Part shown: positions 34,121-42,484 of the stretch, in pieces
Numbering within the stretch: the stretch's first letter is position 1
Layout: every line of letters starts with the position of its first letter
Source: Alphaproteobacteria bacterium
Lineage (GTDB): Bacteria; Pseudomonadota; Alphaproteobacteria; MPNO01; UBA830
DNA length: 64,000 bases
Direction of reading: 5' to 3'
Assembly: GCA_965243135.1 (NCBI GenBank)
Contig: OZ251539.1
Span: forward strand, 2,176,001 to 2,240,000
Program-made: the position numbers and the translations under genes
Notes under the pieces: model-generated
The model's input: the letters and a program-made list of their open reading frames with translations, nothing else
Database searches by the model: none
Told to the model about the DNA's origin: nothing

Positions 34121-34700
34121 ACGAGCAGTACGTCGTCGCGACCGCGAAGGACATGCCGCGGGACGCGCTCCACCTCCGCCACGCGCGCTACCGGGCGCGG
34201 CCGGATTCGCGGCGGCTCGCCGACCCCAACCCGTTCGCGCTGCGGAAGCGGGCTGCTGCCGGCGGCGCTCGGCCCGCTTCCAGCAATCCCCGCTAAGGCG
34301 GCCGCATGTCTGGAAGGTGCGCCGAGAAGGCGAAATTACCAATGGACAAGCCGCCGCGACATAAGAAAATCCTTCATTCGATGGCAAATCGCGCCGAATT
34401 ATCCAGAAAAATCTACGAAAAATTTTTCTGAAACCCCATATTTTCCAAGGATTAGAGCCTTAGCGGGAATTGCTGGCCCGCTTCGAAGGCCGGCGCCTGA
34501 AACGTCGGCGCCGGACGTCCCTCGGAACGCGTCGACCCGGCGTCGGAAACTCAGGAACGGAATCGCCGGGCGGAGGTTCGCGAGCTGCGTTCCGCGCCGG
34601 GTCCCGGGCGCTTCTTGCACGCGTTTCCCGGTTCTCGAGGAGACGCTCTCCGCCTGGCTCCGGCGGACGGGCGAAGCTGGCAAGGCTGTCGCCGGGCTGC
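34121..34700. repeat. VirD4-tail + downstream repeat module, copy 2 (interrupted by MITE)
   Basis: Encodes EQYVVATAKDMPRDALHLRHARY.ARPDSRRLADPNPFALRKRAA, then the 230-bp repeat. Confidence 0.9.
34281..34475. mobile_element. 195-bp MITE related to the IS at 42485-44133
   Basis: TIRs CAGCAATCCCCGCTAAGG / CCTTAGCGGGAATTGCTG; 9-bp TSD GCCCGCTTC (34272-80, 34476-84); the other repeat copies show the empty site. Confidence 0.92.
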
Positions 34701-34731
34701 AGCGGCCTGCGCTCTGCGCGTTGGCCCGCAG

Positions 34732-34846
34732 GCGGCCGACCGCTCGACTCGTTGTCCGCAAGGAGGATCGTACCATGGAATATACCGACATGACGCCCGA
34801 GGCAGTGCGGAAGTACCAATCGCCTCGTTCAGATCGTTGTCCGATC
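34732..34846 (+). pseudogene. truncated duplicate of NHLP precursor 2 5' region
   Basis: Matches ~33213-33340 including the RBS; ATG 34775 MEYTDMTPEAVRKYQS, then a 7-bp deletion and loss of homology. Confidence 0.85.
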
Positions 34847-35064
34847 ACTGCCGGGGCCGGTCCGAACCGCGCAGCCGGACGGCGAAGCGTTGAGCCATGC
34901 CTCCGCCCCCGTGCCCCCTCCCGCCCCGAAGCGGCGGAGGCTGCGACGCCGCCCAGCGGCCTCGCCTTCGCAAGCGGAGTCTCTGCACTTGCAGGTGGCC
35001 GACCCCGCACCGCCCATGGTATGATGCCAAGCGCACCGCCCCCGGCCCCTGGAGGACTTGCACC

Positions 35065-35529
35065 GTGACCCCGCACGACCTGATACAGACCGCCCGCCGC
35101 CTGACAGAATCCGGCGCGGTGCAGCCCACGCAAGCCGACCTGCGCCGCGCCGTGAGCACGGCGTACTACGCGCTGTTCCATTGCCTGGCTGGCGCCGCCG
35201 CCGACCTGCTCACCGGCAGCGGCAGCCATAGCCCGGAATGGCACCAAGTGTACCGTGCGCTCGAGCACGGAAAGGCCAAGCGCGCGTGTCGGCAGCAAGG
35301 GGCGATGCGCACCTTTCCAACGCAAATCCACAGCTTCGCCAAGGCGTTCGCCGACTTGCAGGGCGCACGGCACGAAGCGGACTACACGCTTGAAGGCCAG
35401 TATCTCAAGCCGAACGTTCTTGCGATAATCAATACAGCCGAGGACGCAATCAACAAGTTCGAGCAAGCCGACATCCGGTACCGGCGCAGCTTCGCTATTC
35501 ACGTGCTGTTCAAGCGGCGCCAGCCATAG
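35065..35529 (+). CDS. HEPN-domain protein
   Basis: GTG start with GGAGG RBS; LRRAVSTAYYALFH and LQGARHEADY motifs. Confidence 0.8.
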   Translation: MTPHDLIQTARRLTESGAVQPTQADLRRAVSTAYYALFHCLAGAAADLLTGSGSHSPEWHQVYRALEHGKAKRACRQQGAMRTFPTQIHSFAKAFADLQGARHEADYTLEGQYLKPNVLAIINTAEDAINKFEQADIRYRRSFAIHVLFKRRQP

Positions 35530-35539
35530 GAGGTCCGAA

Positions 35540-35836
35540 ATGGATGAACAACAGCTACGCGAGATTGCCGAGGCAGCCTTTAAGCGCCAGTTCGGCGACA
35601 TCGAAATCGTCGGAATCAACATCCGGCAGAGGCTCGACCACGACGACGATCCCGTCGTGGACGTGGACATCATCTACGACGACGAGGAAGGGCAGGTGGC
35701 CGGCCGCGGCTACTTGGGTGTCATGTCGGAAGTCGTCGACAAGACGTGGTACGAGGGGAAGGACGATCTCGGCTATCCTTTGGTCCACCTCCTCCTCAGG
35801 TCCGGCATCGAGCAGGACGACCCGACGACGGTCTGA
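35540..35836 (+). CDS. small acidic partner of HEPN protein (possible degenerate MNT-like antitoxin)
   Basis: AGGAGG RBS, 98 aa, DHDDDPVVDVDIIYD; directly downstream of the HEPN gene. Confidence 0.65.
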   Translation: MDEQQLREIAEAAFKRQFGDIEIVGINIRQRLDHDDDPVVDVDIIYDDEEGQVAGRGYLGVMSEVVDKTWYEGKDDLGYPLVHLLLRSGIEQDDPTTV

Positions 35837-36190
35837 CGCCGTGGCGCTCGTTGCCGGCCATCAACGAAGCGGCGCGTTGCGAGCAGGACGCGACAGGTTG
35901 ACGGGATGCTGCGCGGCATGACGGGTTCGGTTCGAGGCAGTCCGGGCGGTGGCTACCCGCGGGAGAGGAGCGGCAGCGACAGTCCGGTCGCGGCCTCCGG
36001 CGGAGCGTTGAGCCATGCCCGACGCTGGCGCATCCGTGACGCCCTCCCGCGCCGCGGGTGTGGGGGTGAGGCCGGGCGTTCACGGCGAGCGGCGGGGTGT
36101 CGGGGCGGCGGAGGATAGCACCGTGCGTAGCGTCCCCGCGTCCGTGCCCCCTCCCGCAACGGGGTCGGCGCAAGGCAGCGATGATGTCGA

Positions 36191-36591
36191 CCGTGAAGGA
36201 ACGGCTGGTGACGCCGGACGACCTCATGACCATGGGACCCGCGAGCAATACGTCGTCGCAACCGCGAAGGACATGCCGCGGAACGCGATCCACCTCCGCC
36301 ACGCGCGCTAACTGGGCGCGGCCGGATTCGTGGCGGCTCGCCGACCCCAACCCGTTCGCGCTGTGGAAGCGGGCTGCTGTCGGCGCTCGGCCCGCTTCGA
36401 AGGCCGGTGCCTGAAACGTCGGCGCCGGACGTCCCTCGGAACGCCTTGACCCGGCGTCGGAAACTCGGGAACGGAATCGCCGGGCAGAGGTTTGCGAGCT
36501 GCGTTCCGCGCCGGGTTCCGGGCGCTTCTTGCACGCGCTTCCCGGTTCTCGAGGAGACGCTCTCCACCTGGCTCCGGCGGACGGGCGAAGC
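36191..36591. repeat. VirD4-tail + downstream repeat module, copy 3 (uninterrupted)
   Basis: VKERLVTPDDLMTMGP/EQYVVATAKDMPRNAIHLRHAR/WARPDSWRLADPNPFALWKRAA..KAGA stop, then the repeat. Confidence 0.9.
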
Positions 36592-36609
36592 CGCCGGAAC
36601 GCCGCCAGG

Positions 36610-36790
36610 GGTCGTCCGCCTCCTCCTCGACCGCGATGCCACGGGCCGGCGCGCGGCGATCACGCTCGAAGCCCGGGCGCTCGCCCAAGACCCGCCGCCG
36701 TCGTCCTCGCCCCCGAGGACGGCGACTTCAACGACGACCTCGCCATGGCCGCAGGCGCGCGGCTCGCCCCGTTCCTCGGTCCGGCCCCGG
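36610..36790 (+). pseudogene. Toprim-domain C-terminal fragment (conjugative-element primase-like)
   Basis: VRLLLDRDATGRRAAITLEARA.. / VVLAPEDGDFNDDL resembles the Toprim_3 D.D..G..AA...P..GDFND pattern. Confidence 0.5.
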
Positions 36791-36871
36791 CGCCGTTACC
36801 TGCGCCGCGGTCCAGATGATTCAGCGCAACCCCACCGGCACCCGGAGGACTTTTGCCGTGAACCCGCATGA

Positions 36872-38247
36872 TGTCAAGAACATTTTGAACTGACCGGATT
36901 ATGTACCAAATTAATTGACCGCTTCCGTTGTGGTGGTTGGGCCTGTGGGGAAGTGGTCAGGCGCGAAGCGGCTGTTCACTTATCCACAGGCCTCCAGAGG
37001 ATCGCGTCGAAGCGGGTCACGCGGCCTGCCGGGTTGCGGTTTCGAACGGAGCCCCGTCGGCCCGGTAGAGGGCAAGGCGTCTGGGGCCGTGGAAGACGGC
37101 AAGGGTGTGGTCGGGGTATTCGTGGACCCGGACCCTGGCCTTGACGTAGTGGTGACGGTGGCGATCGGCCGGGATTTGCAGAGTGCGTCCCTTGTACCGC
37201 ACCGTGTTGTCGTTCGAGACGATCCGCTCCTCGTGGACGCAGAGGATGTCGTCCAGGCCGCCGGCGAAGGGCACGAAGGCCGACCCCTCGACCTCGGGCG
37301 GGGTCGCGAAGCGCCGGTTGTGGTCCGGCAGGTAGACCTCCTTGAGGAAGCGGTTGGCCTCGGCCATGTCGGCGATGCCGGCGAGCCTGAGTTCCTGGGG
37401 CAGGCGCTTCTGCAGGGTGCCGAACATCCGCTCCGAGCGCCCCCGGGCCTCGGGCGAGTAGGCGGCGACGTGCTCGACGCCGAGCTGGCGAAGGGCGCGC
37501 CCGACTTGGGTCGGGTTGTCCTTGTCGACCTTGCCGCCGGCTTCGGGCGTGTGGAAGTAGTGGCTGCCGCGGTCGGTGTAGAACGAGCAGAACAGCCCGC
37601 GCACGCCGACCACCTCGCGAAGCGCCTGGAAAGTCGACATGGTGCCTTCCTCGGCGACGAAGAAGGCCGAGTAAATCTCGCTGGTGGCGTCGTCCATGGT
37701 GACGATCAGGTCCCACTGCCGACCGGACACCCACTCGTGGCGCGAGCCGTCCTGGTGCAGCGCCGGGCAGCGCACGCCGCGGGCGCTTGCGCCGATGGGC
37801 GCCGCGGCGCGGCGCGGCCCGCGTGCGGCCATGGGCCTGCAAGGTCAGCCGGACCCAGTTGTAGCTGCGCCGGACGCCATGGCAGGCGACCAGCTTCTCG
37901 TGAAAGTGCCTGGCGTTGAAGTCCCAGTACCGGGTGTCGAACAATTCCAGAACCTGCGCCACCTCGTCTACGTCGGCCCGGCGCGCCGAGACCCGGCCCA
38001 AGCGGCGGTCGTACAACCCCTCCGCGCCCTCCGCCTCGTCGCGCCAGCGCCGGAAGGTGCGTTCCGAAACGCCCAGTATCTCCGCCGCCTCGCCTTGGCT
38101 CAGCACACGGGTGCGACCGTATACCTCTTCGAACTTCATCAGTCCCTGTCGTTGTTCCGTCCGCCGCCACCTCCTTTGGTCTGGAAGCCTTCTAAATCCG
38201 GACAGATCATTTGGTACATGGACCGGACATATCATCTGTTACTGACA
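36872..38247 (-). mobile_element. IS1202-family (IS481-related) insertion sequence, transposase frameshifted
   Basis: Ends TGTCAAG.../...CTGACA sharing ATGTACCAAAT; 18-bp TSD TGCCGTGAACCCGCATGA (36854-71, 38248-65). Confidence 0.88.
37017..38170 (-). pseudogene. IS1202-family DDE transposase (frameshift near 37770)
   Basis: HTH EAAEILGVSERTFRRW; LHQDGSRHEW, MDDATSE, YTDRGSHY, SPEARGRSERMFGTLQKRL. Confidence 0.88.
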
Positions 38248-38621
38248 TGCCGTGAACCCGCATGACTTGATGGAAGCCGTCTTCCGCCTTATGGTATCAT
38301 CGTGGAATGCGCCATGGCCACTACCACCTTCAACCTGCTCGAAACGGCTGGAGTCGAGACTCGGCAAGCCGAAACCGTAGTTTCGGAAATGCGTGGCCGG
38401 CGCCCGTCATTCCCGCGGCGAGCGCGCCTTCCGGATTCAGGGCGCTGGCATCGTCGCCGCCGCGCTTCGGTTCCTGCCGACCATGCGCCCGGAGTACGGC
38501 TTCTCCCCAGGGAAGCGGGACGTCGCGGCGAGAGGGCGGGAGCGGCGACTCACGCCGACGATAGCGTAAAGACTCCCCCGTTTTCCACACCACCGGACAC
38601 CACCAGACAGGTAGCGGAGCG

Positions 38622-38915
38622 ATGAAACAGAAGATTCTGGAACGGGCGCGCAGCACCGTGGAAGGCTTCCTGCACCGGCAGTCCACCGCGCTCACGGTGC
38701 TTTCCGTGGACCCGGAAGTGGATGGCTACGGCGACGATCTCCTCTTGATACGCTTCACCTATGACGACGGAAACGACGCCGAGGGGCTTCCCGACTCCCC
38801 GGCGATGCGTGAGTTGATAGATCGCTTGTGCACCGAACTCCAGGATGCGGACATCGAGGCGTCTCCCGTCGTCTCGTTCACCGCCGAATCGGAGGTCGGG
38901 AACGAGCCGGAGTAG
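38622..38915 (+). CDS. small acidic partner protein upstream of second HEPN gene
   Basis: 97 aa, DGYGDDLLLIRFTYD resembles 35540-35836; GGAG RBS. Confidence 0.65.
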   Translation: MKQKILERARSTVEGFLHRQSTALTVLSVDPEVDGYGDDLLLIRFTYDDGNDAEGLPDSPAMRELIDRLCTELQDADIEASPVVSFTAESEVGNEPE

Positions 38916-38921
38916 CGCATC

Positions 38922-39343
38922 ATGGAACCGGAGCACCTCTTGCGGATGGCCTCCGACCTTGTGGAGGCCACCACCGGTCGACCGCGGCGGGCGGATTTGT
39001 GCCGCGCCGTCAGCGCCGCGTACTACGCTTTGTTCCACTGTCTGGCGCGCAGCTGCGCGGACAGTTTGGCAGGCCAAGCCGGCACGGTCGGCAACCGTGG
39101 CGGCGCGTGTACCGGGCGCTGGAGCACAGGCAGGCCAGGACGCGTTGCGAGAACGTGCCGTCCTCGTTTCCCGAAGGCGTGCGGCAATTCGGGCAGACGT
39201 TCGCAGCGCTGCAGGGCAGACGCCACCTGGCGGACTACGACCCGGACTACCCGTTCAGCAAATCCAACGTGATCACGGACGTCAACAACGTGCGAACATC
39301 GACCGATCAGCCGTCACGGATCGGACCACGCCGTGCGCCTTGA
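38922..39343 (+). pseudogene. HEPN-domain protein, frameshifted near 39095
   Basis: MEPEHLL..LCRAVSAAYYALFHCLA continues in another frame as WRRVYRALEH..LQGRRHLADYDP; paralog of 35065-35529. Confidence 0.82.
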
Positions 39344-39420
39344 CGGTTCGCCACAAGGACCTATCTTGACCGTACGGTGCCGTTATCGGCCGCCGTGCCA
39401 ATGGACGAAAGGGAAATACG

Positions 39421-39795
39421 TTGTTGATCGACATCGATTCGGGCAGACCAATCGAGAGAATTCCCTTTCGCGACATATTCAACCTCATAAAAAAGAGATT
39501 GAGCGAGGAAGAATTCAGCCAAGTAGTGGGCGGAATCAACGAACGGATCGACAAGGCCGGCGGCGAAATCGCCACCGCCGGTTGGCTGCCGGGCTCCGAC
39601 TGGTCGGGCACGCCCTTCTGGTGCCTCTACACGAAAGCAGCCATGAAGAACACGGATCTCGCGGCAAAAATGTTTGGCCTCATGGTCTGGTTCACGGTCA
39701 TGGAACGCCCCGAACGCTGGGGGTCGGGCCGATACAAGGTGAACGACCACGACATCGGCAGTCGCACGTACTTTATCCTTGGGTCTCATCGATGA
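39421..39795 (+). CDS. hypothetical protein (124 aa)
   Basis: TTG start with purine-rich RBS; protein-like composition (AGWLPGSDWSGTPF, KMFGLMVW, SRTYF). Confidence 0.7.
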   Translation: MLIDIDSGRPIERIPFRDIFNLIKKRLSEEEFSQVVGGINERIDKAGGEIATAGWLPGSDWSGTPFWCLYTKAAMKNTDLAAKMFGLMVWFTVMERPERWGSGRYKVNDHDIGSRTYFILGSHR

Positions 39796-40337
39796 ACACC
39801 AATGGCGCGGCTTGCGAAGCGAAAGGAAAATGGCATGTCCAATGAATGCCGTCCGGTACACGAGATGACGGTCACGATTAAATCGGACGAAACCGGAAAC
39901 TGTCTCGAATACACCCGCTTTTCCGAAGACCCGAGAACCATGTCGCGTGAGAAGGGTTTGGGGTTCTACCCGCGTCGTAAATGTTTCTCCGCTGTGCTTA
40001 CAGCTCACATGTCCATTACCCGCGGGAAGTGTCAGTGACAGACGACATGTCCCGTCCATGCACCAAACCCTCACGGTCGCGCCTGCTCACCCCGTAGCAT
40101 GTAACTTCGGGCATGGTTCACCCGGCCTCGCGCCGTTCGCCGGCATAACCGTTCCGCGTTCGGGCGACACGGGGCAGCTCTCAGCGTCACGCTCCCGAAC
40201 TCTTGAACGGCGCACTCCGCCGCAAAAAAAATCTTCGATTCGCGGAACGGTTTTGCGCGGCCGGCAGCTCGGGGTGAGTCACAACAAGAAGGCTCCCTGA
40301 TGGCGTCGTCGCAGTCACGGGTCGGCGAAACGGTGTC

Positions 40338-40503
40338 CCGTCAAGGAACGGCTCGTGACATCCGATGCGACGCTCGGCCCCGACGAGCAGTATGTCGCCG
40401 CGACTGTGAAAGATTTGCTGCGGGACGCTACTCTCCGCCATGAGCGATATTGGGCGCTGCCGGATTCACGACGACTCGCCGATCCCAACCCGTTCGCGCT
40501 GCT
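40338..40503. repeat. VirD4-tail module, copy 4 (most diverged)
   Basis: VKERLVTSD.TLGPDEQYVAATVKDLLRDA.LRHERYWALPDSRRLADPNPFAL. Confidence 0.8.
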
Positions 40504-40633
40504 TTCCGGATGCGTCGCTAACGCGGCGCGGGATTGCCCCGGCATCTTGACTCGCCGACCGGCCCTCCAGACAATGCCCTCGTGCTGCCGATAGCCTGCA
40601 TTGCGCTCAAGAGTTGATAGGGGAACCCAAAAA

Positions 40634-41329
40634 ATGGACAACGATCCTAAATGGAAAATATATGAGCGTGCCGTCGCCTGGTTTACGATGGAAAACGCGA
40701 GTATAAATTCCTCCATCACCCCAAATGCGTTTCTTGTCGGCTCGATCAGCGGAACCAAGAGACAGATAGACATTCTCATTCAGCTTGATTGGCAAGATCG
40801 TGAAACCACGCGTCGTATCATTATCGACACCAAGCTGAGGAAACGAAAGCTCGACATAGGGGACGTTGAGCAATTCGAGGGATTGATGAAAGATGTAGAA
40901 GCGCATCATGGAAAACTAGTTTGTACCAACGGATGGACGGCGGCAGCAGAAGAACGCGCAGGAAAAAACATCGATCTTGAAATCATATCGTTCGAAGAAG
41001 TCCTGTCAGATTCACATTCGATTATCTTGTGTCCACACTGCGAAAGTCGCCCCCACGGGGGAGTAGTGTTTTTTTGGGAACCACCGCTTCCATTTATATT
41101 TTTCGGTCTAGAAGTTGCGACGCTAGTTTTTCTTGGAAAGTGCGATGGATGTCGCAGATTTGCCGTCTCGTGTGGCGGATGCGGGGAAATCCTTATCGTC
41201 GACAATTCGCGAGAATTCACTTGTGGGTGCGAATACATTTATTATGCTGACGAAAAAGACGGCGAACGGATGCTTTGGGTTAAATCTCCGATGGGCGAGA
41301 TACCAATCGATGACTGTCCACTAACGTGA
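40634..41329 (+). CDS. Mrr-like PD-(D/E)xK restriction endonuclease with C-terminal Cys-rich domain
   Basis: WKIYE..V, RQIDIL...IIIDTK, DIGDVEQF, GWTAAA; CPHC, CDGC, CGGC, CGC; visibly AT-richer than flanks; ATG 40634. Confidence 0.8.
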   Translation: MDNDPKWKIYERAVAWFTMENASINSSITPNAFLVGSISGTKRQIDILIQLDWQDRETTRRIIIDTKLRKRKLDIGDVEQFEGLMKDVEAHHGKLVCTNGWTAAAEERAGKNIDLEIISFEEVLSDSHSIILCPHCESRPHGGVVFFWEPPLPFIFFGLEVATLVFLGKCDGCRRFAVSCGGCGEILIVDNSREFTCGCEYIYYADEKDGERMLWVKSPMGEIPIDDCPLT

Positions 41330-41353
41330 ACTTAATATTTCCCCGGGTATCCG

Positions 41354-42475
41354 CTAACCGTCTCTCACGTCATCGGCTCGATCAAACCAGGACTGGTCGT
41401 CTCTGACGGTTTCTCTCAGATCCGGGCGGCTGAGGTAGCCGGCCAACCTGCGAAAGTACCTTGTCATGGCCTTCAGATCGTTGAGGTCGCTTGCAGCGAT
41501 TTCAATCACTTCGCATCCCGTGTTGTTTCTCAAAAAATCGCGGATCAAGCGGTCGCGTTCCGCAGTCTCCGGGTTTCCATGCAGGTGTCGGCTTAGTCCG
41601 TCAAGATAAATGCAGACTCCCTCGTCTTCCTCGTCGCCAGGGTAGAATACGTCGGGCGTCGTCGTGCCGATCGCCCGGTCAAGACGGATCTGACGGCCGC
41701 GCACGCCTTCTTCGAAACCGGCCGCCAGAAGAAGCTGACGGAGCGTTCGTTCCGCCTGGTTCACGGGATACGACCCTTCCCGCGGTTCCTCGGAAGGCTG
41801 CCTGGACGGGATATCGTGCGATAATTCGAGAGCCGCCCCATAAGCCTCAAGCCGCAGGAGCGCCTCCCCCCGGTTCAAATGCTTGTGATAGTAGGCGTTG
41901 CGGAAGGTCTGGAGACAATCCACGCACGAACTCTCGCAAACGGAAGGGCAATCCTCCACCACTTCCCGCGCGACGTTGACCACCTCGCCGAAACGTTCCA
42001 CGATCTGGGAGAGAAGGCCCGATCCTCCGGGCATCGGATCCCAGAGCAGGGCGTCGACCTCGTCGCGCTCCACGTACCCGACAACCAGGATCTGCAGATC
42101 GTCCATGTGCATGTCGAGAACCCGGGCCGCGGCGAAGCGAAGCGCCTCGAGCACGCTGAAAGCTACCGTCTGGTTTTCGCATGCCGGCAGCGACAGGACA
42201 TCCGCGACCACGTCTGCATAAAAACCGACCGGTGCGCATCTCTTTCCGCAACGCTCCTCGTGAGAGGCGACGAACCGGTCGTATTGGACACCCGAAGCAA
42301 GCGGAGAGACGCTCTGGCCGCACACCGTGCACAGGGGGTATCCAAGACGGGCGAAACTCCCGATAGCGGAAGTTGCGCCGACATTGACCAACCGCAGGCG
42401 AACGCCGCGTCTGAGATGCAGGCTTTGTCCTCCCCAGTCGAAGGCGGTCCCCCCGTTGTGCTGGCCGCGCTCCAG
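41354..42475 (-). pseudogene. C-terminal part of IS-split helicase: DUF1998 + very-short-patch/DUF559-like nuclease
   Basis: LWDPMPGGSGLL, C..SC.DCL..FRN (DUF1998); TPDVFY..IYLDG..H...DRLIR; in frame with 44134-48411 once the IS is removed. Confidence 0.88.
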
Positions 42476-42484
42476 ACCGTGAAC

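Noticed and set aside
36942-36992. TTATCCACA DnaA-box match within a hairpin
   Set aside because: Single box inside the IS downstream palindrome; no box cluster or unwinding element, so not an origin.
38317-38400. MATTTFNLLETAGVETRQAETVV, reminiscent of DUF1640-like coiled-coil protein starts
   Set aside because: Too short and degenerate to support as a feature.
39802-40038. 78-aa ORF after the 124-aa hypothetical
   Set aside because: No motif and an ambiguous start; may be a fragment.
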